Shown one piece after another: positions 24,921-35,205 of a stretch of DNA of 64,000 nt (positions are counted from its first letter, which is position 1; the number at the start of each line of letters is the position of its first letter). The translations under genes were made by a program, and so were the position numbers. Origin of the DNA: K189A clade bacterium (GTDB lineage: Bacteria > Pseudomonadota > Gammaproteobacteria > Pseudomonadales > Azotimanducaceae); assembly GCA_018607725.1 (NCBI GenBank), contig JABBAY010000223.1, positions 3,367-67,366 on the forward strand, given 5' to 3'. The notes below the pieces were generated by a model. The model ran no database searches, was not told the origin of the DNA, and saw only the letters and a program-made list of their open reading frames with translations.

Positions 24921-26294
24921 CTAAGCCGTCAATATTCGCAGCAAATTCGTATAGTCATCTCGAATATCTTGATGACTCTCGCGCAATTCTTCGACTTTTC
25001 GCACAGCGTGCAAGACCGTCGTATGATCTCGCCCGCCGAAAGCATCGCCAATCTCTGGCAAACTGTGGTTTGTCAGCTCCTTGGCCAGCGCCATAGCCAC
25101 CTGTCGTGGCCGCGCGATGGACCGAGTACGGCGTTTCGAATGCAACTCAGCAATTCTAATCTTATAATAATCCGCAACCGTCTTTTGAATATTTTCAATC
25201 CCCACCTGACGGTCCTGCAGCGAGATCAAGTCCTTTAGTGACTCCTTGACCTGCTCAACACTAATCTCTCGACCTGTAAAGTTCGCATTCGCAATCACCC
25301 GACGTAGCGCACCTTCCAACTCACGAACATTTGACCGAATTCTCTCAGCAATAAAAAATGCTGCGTCATGGGGCACATATACTCTCTCGACCTCTGCCTT
25401 CTTCAACAAAATAGCCACCCTTGTTTCTAAATCAGGCGGCTCGACAGTCGCAGTCATCCCCCACATAAAACGACTCTTAAGACGCTCTTCGAGGCCTTGA
25501 ATTTCCTTCGGATAACGATCACAGGTCAGCACTATCTGGCTACCATTTTCCTGTAACCGATTGAATACATGGAAAAATTCTTCCTGGGATTTCATGCCTT
25601 TGGCCAGAAACTGAATATCATCCATCAGCAACACATCCACAGTACGGTAATACTGGGTAAACTCGGGCATAGTGCCATGTTCAATCGCCCTGACCATATC
25701 CTCCATAAATCGCTGCGAATACATATACGCGACTTTTAAATTGGGATGCTTTTCAAGGATCGCGTTACCCACCGCATGCATCAGGTGGGTCTTACCCAGC
25801 CCTACGCCACCATATAGCAGTAAACACTTATAGGTGACACCGACGTTTTCTGAAACCTGCACAGCCGCAGCCCTGGCCAACTCATTCGAGCGCCCAGCGA
25901 CGAAGGTGTCAAAGGTGAATTCTCGGTTCAGTTTCAACAGGGGATAGAAGCTTTCTCGGACTGCAAAGCTGTTATCAGCTACCCGCGCATTACCATTCGA
26001 TAAGCCAGTCGATGAGCCGTTCAATAAGCCATTCGTCCTATCTGCGCTCGGAAGTCCCGTTGACGAACCAATGCGCAGCGTCACACCACCGGAACCATTT
26101 TGTTCAACCAGTTCTTGAATACGAACCATGAACATGTCGCTGACTTGATCTCTGATATATTTATTGGGTGCGAGAAGACGTAAGTCTTTTGTATCTAATT
26201 CGGCCTGCAAAGGCTTTATCCAGGTATTGAATTGCTGCGCGGTCAGCTCACTTTCGAGACTGTGCAAGCATTTTTGCCAAATTGTCGCCCCCAC
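24921..26294 (-). CDS. dnaA: chromosomal replication initiator DnaA
   Basis: [13 protein letters not shown] Walker A, LLMDDIQF Walker B, and C-terminal DNA-binding helix [14 protein letters not shown] start with GGAGGG RBS. Confidence 0.97.
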   Translation of the reverse strand: MGATIWQKCLHSLESELTAQQFNTWIKPLQAELDTKDLRLLAPNKYIRDQVSDMFMVRIQELVEQNGSGGVTLRIGSSTGLPSADRTNGLLNGSSTGLSNGNARVADNSFAVRESFYPLLKLNREFTFDTFVAGRSNELARAAAVQVSENVGVTYKCLLLYGGVGLGKTHLMHAVGNAILEKHPNLKVAYMYSQRFMEDMVRAIEHGTMPEFTQYYRTVDVLLMDDIQFLAKGMKSQEEFFHVFNRLQENGSQIVLTCDRYPKEIQGLEERLKSRFMWGMTATVEPPDLETRVAILLKKAEVERVYVPHDAAFFIAERIRSNVRELEGALRRVIANANFTGREISVEQVKESLKDLISLQDRQVGIENIQKTVADYYKIRIAELHSKRRTRSIARPRQVAMALAKELTNHSLPEIGDAFGGRDHTTVLHAVRKVEELRESHQDIRDDYTNLLRILTA

Positions 26295-26498
26295 ACACCC
26301 TCCGAGTTATCGTATGTCTCTGAAAATATTCAGATATCTCGCTAAATTTGCTTGTTCATCGCAACATTTTTAGCGCTAGCCTGCAGCCGACTCGAATAGT
26401 AACGCCATTTGCCTTCTCACGCCAACAGTTCCGAACAATTAGATACAAATAAAATGCCTTAAAAATCAATAATTTATCCTTAAAACCAGTAGACAACC

Positions 26499-26529
26499 TG
26501 TGCGTAACCTGTGCATAACCTGTGGACAA
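26499..26529 (-). promoter_or_regulatory. three DnaA-box-like 9-mers phased at 11 bp
   Basis: TGTGCGTAA (26499), TGTGCATAA (26510) and TGTGGACAA (26521). Their reverse complements are TTACGCACA, TTATGCACA and TTGTCCACA, each 0-1 mismatch from TTATNCACA. Each is preceded by AACC. Confidence 0.6.
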
Positions 26530-26559
26530 AAACGTAAATATTACAGACTGCCTCTGCCC

Positions 26560-26568
26560 TGTGGATAA
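26560..26568 (-). promoter_or_regulatory. perfect DnaA box
   Basis: TGTGGATAA, the reverse complement of TTATCCACA. Confidence 0.75.
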
Positions 26569-26588
26569 CTCGGCTATTTCCACACAGC

Positions 26589-26597
26589 TTATCCACA
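26589..26597 (+). promoter_or_regulatory. perfect DnaA box
   Basis: TTATCCACA on the plus strand, convergent with the box at 26560 and 20 bp from it. Confidence 0.75.
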
Positions 26598-26676
26598 GCT
26601 TACCCGCAGGTCTAAGGCCAACTGTTAACACCCTTTGATCCCCTACAACTGATTGATATAAAACACTAAATACGAC

Positions 26677-26685
26677 TAATCCACA
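26677..26685 (+). promoter_or_regulatory. DnaA box, one mismatch
   Basis: TAATCCACA, followed by the GC-rich GGCAGC and then the AT-rich block. Confidence 0.55.
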
Positions 26686-26696
26686 GGCAGCTAGTC

Positions 26697-26766
26697 TCTA
26701 ATAACAGTAGTAATAATAATTTATATATATAAGTATTTAACTACTATAGTACTAACAGATTAAATG
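26697..26766. other. AT-rich putative DNA unwinding element
   Basis: Positions 26701..26760 contain only 10 G/C in 60 nt (counted by hand). The block includes TAGTAATAATAATTTATATATATAAG. Confidence 0.5.
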
Positions 26767-26792
26767 GCGTTGATAATCCCTGAATTGGTAAA

Positions 26793-26821
26793 TTGACTGT
26801 TGACGGAATCTTCTTTAGAAT
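26793..26821 (+). promoter_or_regulatory. candidate sigma70 promoter for rpmH-rnpA
   Basis: TTGACT (26793..26798), a 17-nt spacer, then TAGAAT (26816..26821). It lies 40 nt upstream of the rpmH ATG. Confidence 0.5.
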
Positions 26822-26860
26822 CGCCGCTCGATTTTAAACCCCGTTACCGGTGTAATCCCA

Positions 26861-26995
26861 ATGAAAAGAACATTTCAACCCAGCTTATTGAAGCGCGCTA
26901 GAGCCCACGGTTTCCGTTCAAGAATGGCAACCAAAAATGGTCGACTAGTACTAAAACGTCGCAGATCTAAGGGACGCAAAGAAATTTCAGTCTGA
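26861..26995 (+). CDS. rpmH: 50S ribosomal protein L34 (44 aa; below the ORF-track length cutoff)
   Basis: Hand translation gives [44 protein letters not shown], stop TGA 26993..26995. This is the classic L34 sequence, in the conserved position before rnpA. Confidence 0.95.
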   Translation: MKRTFQPSLLKRARAHGFRSRMATKNGRLVLKRRRSKGRKEISV

Positions 26996-27004
26996 TAGGA
27001 GCTC

Positions 27005-27436
27005 TTGGCCGATCTACCTGAACAATCTCATCATACTCAAGCGGCGCATGGTTTCCCGCCTGGTTTCCGGCTGCAAAATTCTTATGAGTTTGATCACGTT
27101 TTCAAGACCAATAAATATCGCGTCAGTGGTCCTGAATTTCTGGTTCTCGCCATTGAAAATCAGATGAATCATTGTCGGCTTGGGATGGTTATCGGCAAAA
27201 AAACCACGGGTCCAGCAGTCCAGCGCAATCGTGTCAAACGTATAATTCGAGAGTCTTTCAGAGTCCACTGCCGACCGACAGAAAATGCACCGCATTTAGA
27301 TATTGTCATCGTTGCGCGCACTGGCGTCTCGAAAAAAGACAATGGTCATTTGGTCAATGTATTGTCGAAAGGCTGGGGAACGTTGTTCAATAAAGCAACA
27401 ACGAGTACTTATACGAGTACCCGGGCGAGTACTTAG
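27005..27436 (+). CDS. rnpA: ribonuclease P protein component
   Basis: FRLQNSYEFDHVF and RNRVKRIIRESFR motifs. TTG start. Start codon choice is uncertain. Confidence 0.85.
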   Translation: MADLPEQSHHTQAAHGFPPGFRLQNSYEFDHVFKTNKYRVSGPEFLVLAIENQMNHCRLGMVIGKKTTGPAVQRNRVKRIIRESFRVHCRPTENAPHLDIVIVARTGVSKKDNGHLVNVLSKGWGTLFNKATTSTYTSTRAST

Positions 27437-27706
27437 ATGATCAAGCGACTCATGTTAATCACTATTCGTGTTTATCAAGTTTGCCTCAGCAGTATCCTGG
27501 GGCCTAGTTGTCGTTTTTATCCTACCTGTTCGGAATATACCCGCGTGGCCATCGAGCAACATGGTGTGCTCATGGGTAGCAAACTTGGCGTCCAACGTAT
27601 CTGTAAATGCCACCCATTTAATCCGGGGGGCGTTGATCTAGTTCCCCCAGTACTGGTTGCCAACAAGACACAAAAAACCCCGTCTTGTTCCGCGAACCGT
27701 TCTTAA
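27437..27706 (+). CDS. yidD: membrane protein insertion efficiency factor YidD
   Basis: CRFYPTCSEY and CHPFNPGGVD motifs. Confidence 0.9.
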   Translation: MIKRLMLITIRVYQVCLSSILGPSCRFYPTCSEYTRVAIEQHGVLMGSKLGVQRICKCHPFNPGGVDLVPPVLVANKTQKTPSCSANRS

Positions 27707-27718
27707 CGAGAGTTACCA

Positions 27719-29434
27719 ATGGATTTTCAACGCATTTTGATTTTATTAGGGCTCGCCGTTACGACTTACATGCTGATACTCGCATGGAATGAAGACTATG
27801 GTAGCGGCCGCGTCGAGAATGATACCGTCAGTGTCACGAACGTGCCCCAGGATAACCGCTTACCTGATATTAATTTGAACACCGTCAGCACAACGAGTAC
27901 GACTGCCGATAATGGCCAGATAGACTTTTTACCTCTCGACAACGGGTTATCAGCCCCAGCGACAGAAGCAGCTGCAGCTAACGCAGGATTAGATACTCAG
28001 AACAGCCGCTATGTCATCCTAACGTCAGACGTACTTAACATTACTATAGACACTGTCGGTGGCGATATCGTAGAGGCGTCTTTGATCAAATTTCCAGTTG
28101 CCATCAACCAGCCCGATTCACCGTTTGTTTTGATGGATCCTCGTAATGCTTATGCGGCTCAGAGTGGTCTTATAGGACAGAATGGCACAGATACCGCAGC
28201 GGGTAGACCCACTTTTGCTGTCGATAAAAACCGTTATGATTTATCCAGTGGTCAAGACCAAATTCAGGTTGAGCTCAAAACCACCCAAGGTAGCGTGTTA
28301 GTTACCAAGCGTTTTACGCTACGTCGAGATGACTACCTGGTCGATGTTGACTACGACGTTGTGAACAACAGCGATCAATCTTGGTCGGTAGCACTGTTTG
28401 GCCAGATCAAGCGAGATGGCCAAGCGCCGGCGTTAGTTGATCAAAATTCGATGGGTTTAGCGCCTTACACTGGCGGTGCAACCTATACAAACGATGCGCC
28501 TTATACCAAGGTGACTTTTGAAGACGTGGAAGAAAAAGCCTACAAGGCCGTGGTTGAAGGTGGTTATATCGCCATGGTTCAACACTATTTTGTGACTGCT
28601 TGGGTACCGAAAGCAAAACAGGATAAAAATACCTTTCATGCTCGAAAGCTAGGCGACAAGGATGCTTATCTATTTGGTTTTACATCGCCAAACTGGTCAA
28701 TCGCTGCTGGTGAACGGGATACTAAAGGCGCGCAGTTTTACATCGGACCAAAGGACCAATATAAGCTCGAAGAAATTTCCCCGGGCTTGAACCTCACGGT
28801 CGACTACGGTTTTCTTTGGTGGCTTGCCCAGCCGATGTTCGGTTTGCTCACATTTATTCATGGCATCGTCAGTAATTGGGGTCTGTCGATTATTGTTTTA
28901 ACCCTGATTGTCAAAACATTGCTGTTTCCATTATCGGCCGCTGGTTTTAAGTCAATGGCTAAGATGCGTAAGTTGCAGCCGGAAATGGCCCGGCTTAAAG
29001 AGCGGTATGGCGATGACAAGCAACAATTTACGCAGGCAATGATGGCGCTGTATAAAAAGGAAGGCGCTAACCCGTTAGGGGGTTGTTTACCGATTTTGAT
29101 GCAAATGCCGGTATTCCTGGCACTTTACTGGACGCTAATGGAAAGCTACGAGTTGCGTCAAGCACCCTTTATGTTGTGGATTAACGACCTGTCGGTCATG
29201 GATCCCTATTTTGTGTTACCAATATTGATGGGTGCGTCTATGTTCGTGACCCAGATGATGCAGCCAGAACCGCCAGATCCCATGCAAGCGAAAGTGATGA
29301 AGTTTATGCCGGTGATGTTTACATTCTTCTTCTTGTGGTTCCCGAGTGGGCTCGTGCTGTATTGGTTAGTGAACAATCTATTGTCTATTGCGCAGCAATG
29401 GTACGTGACCAAGCAAGTCGAAAAAGCCGGCTGA
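27719..29434 (+). CDS. yidC: membrane protein insertase YidC
   Basis: 571 aa with a large periplasmic domain and the conserved C-terminal core GCLPILMQMPVFLALY. Confidence 0.95.
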   Translation: MDFQRILILLGLAVTTYMLILAWNEDYGSGRVENDTVSVTNVPQDNRLPDINLNTVSTTSTTADNGQIDFLPLDNGLSAPATEAAAANAGLDTQNSRYVILTSDVLNITIDTVGGDIVEASLIKFPVAINQPDSPFVLMDPRNAYAAQSGLIGQNGTDTAAGRPTFAVDKNRYDLSSGQDQIQVELKTTQGSVLVTKRFTLRRDDYLVDVDYDVVNNSDQSWSVALFGQIKRDGQAPALVDQNSMGLAPYTGGATYTNDAPYTKVTFEDVEEKAYKAVVEGGYIAMVQHYFVTAWVPKAKQDKNTFHARKLGDKDAYLFGFTSPNWSIAAGERDTKGAQFYIGPKDQYKLEEISPGLNLTVDYGFLWWLAQPMFGLLTFIHGIVSNWGLSIIVLTLIVKTLLFPLSAAGFKSMAKMRKLQPEMARLKERYGDDKQQFTQAMMALYKKEGANPLGGCLPILMQMPVFLALYWTLMESYELRQAPFMLWINDLSVMDPYFVLPILMGASMFVTQMMQPEPPDPMQAKVMKFMPVMFTFFFLWFPSGLVLYWLVNNLLSIAQQWYVTKQVEKAG

Positions 29435-29444
29435 TGACGCAACA

Positions 29445-30809
29445 ATGACCGGCACCATGGCGCATACAGACACCATTGTAGCGATCGCGACACCAGCTGG
29501 CCGAGGCGGTGTCGGTATTATTCGAGTCTCTGGGGGTCGGGCGGCAAGTATAGCGCGGTTGCTGGTGGGTAAACTGCCGGCGCCCAGACTGGCGACCTTT
29601 TCGAACTTCCTTGATGCCGATGGCAGCGCCATTGATCAAGGCATTGCACTATTTTTTCCAGGTCCCAATTCGTTCACGGGTGAAGACGTGCTTGAGCTGC
29701 AGGGCCACGGTGGGCCCGTTGTGATGGATATGTTGTTGAACCGTGTGGTTCAAGTTGGCGCGCGTATCGCCGGTCCCGGTGAATTTTCACAACGGGCCTT
29801 CCTTAACGACAAGATCGATCTGTCACAGGCCGAAGCCATTGCTGACCTGATTGATAGCGGTAGCCAGCGAGCCGCCAAAAGCGCGGTTAATTCTTTGCAG
29901 GGTCGCTTTTCAGAAAAAATCCATGAGTTAGATGAGCGTATCATCAGGCTTCGGATCCATGTTGAAGCCGCCATCGACTTTCCGGAGGAAGAGGTGGACT
30001 TTCTCGCGGATGAACTGATTCATCAAGCTCTTGCCGAGATTGAAGTTGCCATGGCGCAGACACTGGCCCAGACAGAGCAAGGGGCTATATTGCGGGAAGG
30101 CGTCACTCTGGTTTTCGCTGGCCGGCCGAATGCGGGTAAATCGAGTTTAATGAACTATTTCAGTGGTCGTGAAACCTCCATCGTCACGAGTGTTGCTGGT
30201 ACCACAAGAGATGTGGTGAAAGAAGACATCCATCTGGACGGTGTGCCGCTGCGATTGGTTGATACCGCCGGGCTGCGGGATAGCGTTGATCTGGTGGAAA
30301 AGGAGGGTATTCGTCGGGCTCGGCAGGAACTGGGTACCGCTGATATTATTCTCCTGCTGATTGATTACAGCCAGCATTTTGAAGATTGGCAAGCTCAGGC
30401 TGAAGCCCTATTGGCGGAGGTTGGCCACCGTGATGGCGCCATCGTCGTGTTGAACAAGGTTGATAAACGCGAGCTTGAGTTCATACCGACATTTACGGTA
30501 CCGGTGTTCGGCATCTCAGTGACGATGCTGCAGGGGCTGGCGGAGCTGAAAGCCCATATTCAACAGGCAATTGGGTTTGATGCTCAAGTAGAAGGTAATT
30601 TTATCGCCCGAAGCCGACATCTTGATGCGTTGCGTCGAGCTAACCTGGCTGTGATCGCTGGTCGGCAGCAGTTGCAAACCCGACAAGCCGGGGAGTTGCT
30701 GGCTGAAGAGCTGCGTATCGCCCACGAAGCACTGAATGAAATCACGGGCGAGTTTTCCAGTGATGACTTACTGGGTCAGATATTTTCGAGTTTCTGTATC
30801 GGTAAGTAA
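29445..30809 (+). CDS. mnmE: tRNA modification GTPase MnmE
   Basis: GRPNAGKSSLMN G1 motif, DTAGLR G3 motif, and the C-terminal CIGK. Confidence 0.95.
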   Translation: MTGTMAHTDTIVAIATPAGRGGVGIIRVSGGRAASIARLLVGKLPAPRLATFSNFLDADGSAIDQGIALFFPGPNSFTGEDVLELQGHGGPVVMDMLLNRVVQVGARIAGPGEFSQRAFLNDKIDLSQAEAIADLIDSGSQRAAKSAVNSLQGRFSEKIHELDERIIRLRIHVEAAIDFPEEEVDFLADELIHQALAEIEVAMAQTLAQTEQGAILREGVTLVFAGRPNAGKSSLMNYFSGRETSIVTSVAGTTRDVVKEDIHLDGVPLRLVDTAGLRDSVDLVEKEGIRRARQELGTADIILLLIDYSQHFEDWQAQAEALLAEVGHRDGAIVVLNKVDKRELEFIPTFTVPVFGISVTMLQGLAELKAHIQQAIGFDAQVEGNFIARSRHLDALRRANLAVIAGRQQLQTRQAGELLAEELRIAHEALNEITGEFSSDDLLGQIFSSFCIGK

Positions 30810-30903
30810 GGGCGGGCTTGGCATTTCTCTGGTGAATCATTGACTTGGACATTATGGCCGCCTTCCGTATACTTGCGAACCCGTGTTCAACGCTGTAGCC
30901 ACT

Positions 30904-32787
30904 ATGGACTACCCTAATCGTTTTGATGTCATTGTTGTCGGTGGCGGCCATGCAGGTACCGAGGCTGCCTTGGCGGCCGCGCGGATGGGTGTAAAAACCC
31001 TGCTACTAACCCAAAATATTGAAACCTTGGGTCAGATGTCTTGTAATCCGGCGATCGGTGGCATTGGCAAGAGCCACTTGGTGAAAGAAATTGACGCCCT
31101 AGGCGGGGCAATGGCTTTAGCCGCGGATCGGGCGGGTATCCACTTTCGAACCCTAAACGCTCGAAAAGGCCCCGCGGTGCGAGCGACTCGTGCGCAAGCG
31201 GACAGACAGTTATACAAACACGCCATTCGAGGTTTCCTCGAAAATCAGCCTAATCTCCAGTTGTTCCAGCAATCCGTCGACGATTTAATGGTCACCGGCG
31301 AGCGGGTCACTGGGGTGGTGACAAGTACTGGGCTGCGTTTCTTGGCCGATGCCGTGGTGTTAACGGTGGGGACGTTTCTCGGCGGGATTATCCATGTGGG
31401 TATGCAAAAACAGGCAGGGGGTCGTGCCGGTGACGCGCCGTCTAATCGACTTGCGGAACGATTGCGAGAGCTGCCTTTCAGTGTCGGCCGTCTAAAAACG
31501 GGAACACCGCCTCGCATTGATGGTAAATCTGTCAACTATGCTGGACTGGAGATTCAAGCCGGCGACACACCAAGGCCGGTCATGTCTTACATGGGCTCCA
31601 CCGCAGACCACCCCGCCCAGATGAATTGTTATATTACGCATACGAATGCGCAAACCCACGACATTATTCGCGGTGGTCTGGATCGCTCGCCTTTATTCAC
31701 CGGTGAAATTGACGGTATCGGCCCGCGCTACTGTCCCTCTATCGAGGACAAGGTGGTGCGTTTTGCAGATAAAGACACCCATCAGATTTTTATTGAGCCA
31801 GAAGGGCTCAATACCCATGAATTGTATCCGAACGGTATATCGACGAGCCTTCCCTTTGATGTTCAGATGGAACTGGTGCGAAGTATTAAAGGTTTTGAGA
31901 ACGCCCATATCACACGTCCTGGCTACGCCATTGAATATGACTTTTTTGAGCCTCGAGAGCTTAAATCGTCGTTGGAGACCCGACATTTGGGAGGGCTGTT
32001 TTTTGCTGGCCAGATTAACGGCACCACGGGGTATGAGGAAGCAGCGGCGCAGGGTCTTATCGCCGGCATTAACGCCGCTAACCTTAGCCTCGAGCAGGCG
32101 CCTTACTGTCCGGCTCGAAATGAAGCTTATATCGGTGTTCTGATTGATGATCTGATTACCATGGGGACTAAAGAACCCTATCGCATGTTTACCTCTCGGG
32201 CAGAGTACCGGCTGATCTTGCGCCAGGATAATGCCGATCGTCGACTCACGGCCACTGGCCGGGCGCTGGGCTTGGTATCTGAGCCGCGCTGGCAGCGCTA
32301 TCTTGAGAAAGTGGAAGCCATTGAAAGCAGAAAGCTGCATCTGGACAAACACTGGAGCCATCCTGGTGACGAAGCCATGGAGACCCTGCTGGGTCAAGCC
32401 TTGACGCGAGAGTATAAACTTTCAGATCTGGTAAAGCGGCCGAACGTCCAGATCGACGGCTTACTTGAAGCGGTAGGCCTCGATTGGGCCGATACCGAAA
32501 TTAATGATCAGATCGAAATTGATTTGAAATACGCCGGTTATATCGATCGTCAACAGGAAGAGATAAATCGAGTCCTGACCCAGCATTCCGTCAGCATTCC
32601 TGAACGATTCAGCTACGAAGGTATTAGTGGGCTGTCGAATGAAGTTCGGCAGAAGCTGGAGCAAGTGCGGCCCGCGACCATCGGCCAGGCAACTCGCATC
32701 GCGGGCGTGACACCGGCGGCTATTTCACTATTGCTGGTATTTTTGAAGAAAGCCCGGCATTCCCTTGATGATCAAAAATCCGCATGA
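30904..32787 (+). CDS. mnmG: tRNA uridine 5-carboxymethylaminomethyl modification enzyme MnmG
   Basis: [19 protein letters not shown] fold. I chose the start at MDYPNRF (30904), 627 aa. Confidence 0.95.
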   Translation: MDYPNRFDVIVVGGGHAGTEAALAAARMGVKTLLLTQNIETLGQMSCNPAIGGIGKSHLVKEIDALGGAMALAADRAGIHFRTLNARKGPAVRATRAQADRQLYKHAIRGFLENQPNLQLFQQSVDDLMVTGERVTGVVTSTGLRFLADAVVLTVGTFLGGIIHVGMQKQAGGRAGDAPSNRLAERLRELPFSVGRLKTGTPPRIDGKSVNYAGLEIQAGDTPRPVMSYMGSTADHPAQMNCYITHTNAQTHDIIRGGLDRSPLFTGEIDGIGPRYCPSIEDKVVRFADKDTHQIFIEPEGLNTHELYPNGISTSLPFDVQMELVRSIKGFENAHITRPGYAIEYDFFEPRELKSSLETRHLGGLFFAGQINGTTGYEEAAAQGLIAGINAANLSLEQAPYCPARNEAYIGVLIDDLITMGTKEPYRMFTSRAEYRLILRQDNADRRLTATGRALGLVSEPRWQRYLEKVEAIESRKLHLDKHWSHPGDEAMETLLGQALTREYKLSDLVKRPNVQIDGLLEAVGLDWADTEINDQIEIDLKYAGYIDRQQEEINRVLTQHSVSIPERFSYEGISGLSNEVRQKLEQVRPATIGQATRIAGVTPAAISLLLVFLKKARHSLDDQKSA

Positions 32788-33449
32788 CCAACAGTCTGGC
32801 CTTGCTGGGATCAATTGAATGGGGTATCAGCCAGCTGGGCCTCGATAGCCACAATGGTTTGGGCTCGCAGCTGGAGCGATTTCTTCAGGGGCTGATCAAA
32901 TGGAATAAAGCCTACAATCTCACCGCCATACGAGATCCGCAACAGATGGTAGCGCTGCATTTGATGGACTCGCTGGCGGTGGCGCCGTATGTCTTTGGTG
33001 CTGCCGACCAATTGGCTGTGACCCCAGTGCTCGATGTCGGCAGTGGTGCGGGTTTGCCAGGTATTCCGTTGGCGTTGTGTTATCCGCAGACCCAGTTTGT
33101 ACTGCTAGACAGTAATGGTAAGAAGACCCGTTTCTTGCAGCAGATGAAGATCGAGTTAGGTCTTTCAAATGTGTCGATCGTCCAAGCCCGTGTGGAGGAT
33201 TATGAGGGTGCGTTTGAGCAGGTAATCTGCAGGGCATTTGCGAGTTTGGCAAATATCGCAACGACGACTCAGCACTTAGTTGCCGAGGGTGGTAGTCTGT
33301 TAGCAATGAAAGGGAAGCTGGAAGATGAAAAGTTGACCGCAACTGAGTTTCAGGTCGCCGCCGTCCATTCCCTGGAAGTTCCTGGTATTGAAGCTGAGCG
33401 CCACCTCTATGAGCTGCATCGGCATATTCACCATCAAAAGGACGACTGA
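32784..33449 (+). CDS. rsmG: 16S rRNA m7G527 methyltransferase
   Basis: [19 protein letters not shown] motif. Overlaps the mnmG stop. Confidence 0.92.
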   Translation: MTNSLALLGSIEWGISQLGLDSHNGLGSQLERFLQGLIKWNKAYNLTAIRDPQQMVALHLMDSLAVAPYVFGAADQLAVTPVLDVGSGAGLPGIPLALCYPQTQFVLLDSNGKKTRFLQQMKIELGLSNVSIVQARVEDYEGAFEQVICRAFASLANIATTTQHLVAEGGSLLAMKGKLEDEKLTATEFQVAAVHSLEVPGIEAERHLYELHRHIHHQKDD

Positions 33450-33452
33450 GTC

Positions 33453-34274
33453 GTGGCGATAGTCTTAGCAGTAACTAATCAAAAAGGTGGCGTTGGCAAG
33501 ACGACCACCAGCGTGAATCTCGCGGCATCCCTTGCTGCTATTAAGCGTCGGATTCTGTTGATTGACTTAGACCCTCAAGGCAACGCGACCATGGGGAGCG
33601 GGATCAACAAGAGTGATCTGGAGGCCTCGATCTATGAGGTGTTAGTGGACGGCACTAGCATCAGCGAGGCCCGGATCAGCTCTGAATCTTCTGGTTACGA
33701 TGTGGTGGGTTCGAACGTTGAGCTCTCTGGCGCTGAAGTTGAGCTGTTGACCCTTGATCGACGCGAGTATCGCCTGGCTGAAGCCCTTGCATTGGTGAGT
33801 GACGATTATGACTTTGTGGTGATCGATTGCCCGCCCAGCCTGAGCCTGTTGACGATTAATGGTCTAGTGGCGGCCGATGCAGTGATCATCCCCATGCAAT
33901 GCGAGTATTATGCCCTAGAGGGCTTGTCAGCGCTGGTAGATACAATCAGTCGGATCACGGCACATCTCAACCCTGACCTGGTGATAGAAGGCATCCTCCG
34001 CACTATGTATGATCCTCGTAACAGTTTGACCCAAGATGTGTCGCAGCAGCTGTTAGACCACTTTGGCGATAAGGTCTATCGGACCGTGATTCCCCGTAAC
34101 GTTCGTCTCGCAGAGGCGCCCAGTTATGGGTTGCCGGTTTTGTACTACGACAAGCAATCCCGCGGAGCCAAAGCCTACTTGGCGTTAGCGAGCGAGCTTG
34201 CGCGTCGTTACGAGCCGCAGCCCCGAATTAAGCTGACCACCAGTCAGCAGTCAGGAGATGAGCATGGTAGCTAG
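33453..34274 (+). CDS. parA: chromosome partitioning ATPase ParA/Soj
   Basis: Deviant Walker A NQKGGVGKTTT. GTG start. Confidence 0.94.
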   Translation: MAIVLAVTNQKGGVGKTTTSVNLAASLAAIKRRILLIDLDPQGNATMGSGINKSDLEASIYEVLVDGTSISEARISSESSGYDVVGSNVELSGAEVELLTLDRREYRLAEALALVSDDYDFVVIDCPPSLSLLTINGLVAADAVIIPMQCEYYALEGLSALVDTISRITAHLNPDLVIEGILRTMYDPRNSLTQDVSQQLLDHFGDKVYRTVIPRNVRLAEAPSYGLPVLYYDKQSRGAKAYLALASELARRYEPQPRIKLTTSQQSGDEHGS

Positions 34275-35139
34275 GAAACGGGGGCTTGGGCGCGGCCTGG
34301 ATGCCCTGCTGGGTGCACAGAACAAATCGCCTGCTGGTGAGCCAATCGATATTGGTCAGCGTCTGGATGAGGTCCCGGTGGAATGGATTCGGCCGGGTAA
34401 ATATCAGCCTCGAAAGATTATGGATGAGGAGGCGCTGCAGGAGTTGGCGGCCTCGATCAAGGCTCAGGGCCTGATGCAACCCATCGTGCTGCGCTCTGTG
34501 GGTGTGGAACGCTATGAAATCATCGCCGGAGAACGCCGTTGGCGGGCAGCCCAGTTAGCTGGGATGGACAAAATTCCGGCAGTCATTCGCGAAGTCAATG
34601 ACGAGGCGGCGGTAGCGATGTCGCTGATTGAGAATATTCAACGCGAAGATTTGAATCCCATGGAGGAAGCCATCGCCTTGCTGCGGCTAGTTGAAGAGTT
34701 TGAGCTGACGCATCAGCAGGTTGCTGATGCCGTGGGTAAGAGCCGAACTGCAGTGACCAATTTTCTGCGCCTGACGCACCTGGGTCCGGAGGTATCGCAG
34801 ATGCTGGCTAACGGCGATATTGAAATGGGCCATGCTCGAGCCCTGTTGACGTTAAGTAGTGGTAGTCAGGGTCGGGCCGCACGGGAGATTGTCTCCCAGC
34901 ACCTGAATGTACGCCAGACGGAAGCCCTCGTCAGACGCTTATTAGCTGGGCCTAAGCCGGATACCACTAAAACAGCTGCAGATTCGGATACTCGACACCT
35001 TGAAGGTCGGCTGACCGATAAGCTCGGTCAGCCAGTGTCGATTCAGCACACCAGCAAGGGTAAAGGCAAACTGGTGATCAGTTACAACAGCCTGGATGAA
35101 CTTGATGGTATTCTCGGCCGCTTCGGGGATCTGGAGTGA
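34258..35139 (+). CDS. parB: chromosome partitioning protein ParB/Spo0J
   Basis: RGLGRGLDALL N-terminus, GERRWRAAQLAG arginine patch, and an HTH segment. The start could be 34258 or 34264. Confidence 0.94.
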   Translation: MSMVARKRGLGRGLDALLGAQNKSPAGEPIDIGQRLDEVPVEWIRPGKYQPRKIMDEEALQELAASIKAQGLMQPIVLRSVGVERYEIIAGERRWRAAQLAGMDKIPAVIREVNDEAAVAMSLIENIQREDLNPMEEAIALLRLVEEFELTHQQVADAVGKSRTAVTNFLRLTHLGPEVSQMLANGDIEMGHARALLTLSSGSQGRAAREIVSQHLNVRQTEALVRRLLAGPKPDTTKTAADSDTRHLEGRLTDKLGQPVSIQHTSKGKGKLVISYNSLDELDGILGRFGDLE

Positions 35140-35176
35140 AGGCGCCGAAAAAATCTTGTTTCTGCATCGAAGCACA

Positions 35177-35205
35177 TTGATTGGTTGAGCTCGAAGCACT
35201 ATACT
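35177..35205 (+). promoter_or_regulatory. candidate sigma70 promoter of the atp operon
   Basis: TTGATT (35177..35182), a 17-nt spacer, then TATACT (35200..35205). It lies about 190 nt upstream of atpI. Confidence 0.45.

Larger units (their letters stand above)
26440..26790. other. candidate chromosomal origin oriC (dnaA-rpmH intergenic region)
   Basis: Non-coding 566-bp dnaA/rpmH gap containing six DnaA-box-like 9-mers followed by a very AT-rich block. Flanking genes diverge from this point, as at Pseudomonas-type origins. Confidence 0.7.

Noticed and set aside
26356-26631. 91-aa ORF on the minus strand in the dnaA-rpmH intergenic region.
   Set aside because: It runs straight through the DnaA-box cluster of the candidate oriC and has no RBS or recognisable protein features. 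The region is better explained as non-coding origin DNA.
27380-27436. C-terminal tail of RnpA (TTSTYTSTRAST), encoded by a short repeated CGAGTAC motif.
   Set aside because: It is a short low-complexity extension at the end of a small basic protein, likely slippage-derived and without functional implication. The yidD start immediately follows.
31693-32397. 234-aa ORF antisense to mnmG. Similar long antisense ORFs occur at 37001..37639 (in atpF/atpH), 40596..41135 (in atpD), 57668..58222 (in ridA/spoT) and 35822..36271 (in atpB).
   Set aside because: Each lies entirely inside a highly conserved gene on the opposite strand. Their low-complexity, Arg/Ser/Pro-rich translations show no recognisable motif. 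This is the usual shadow-ORF effect of codon bias.
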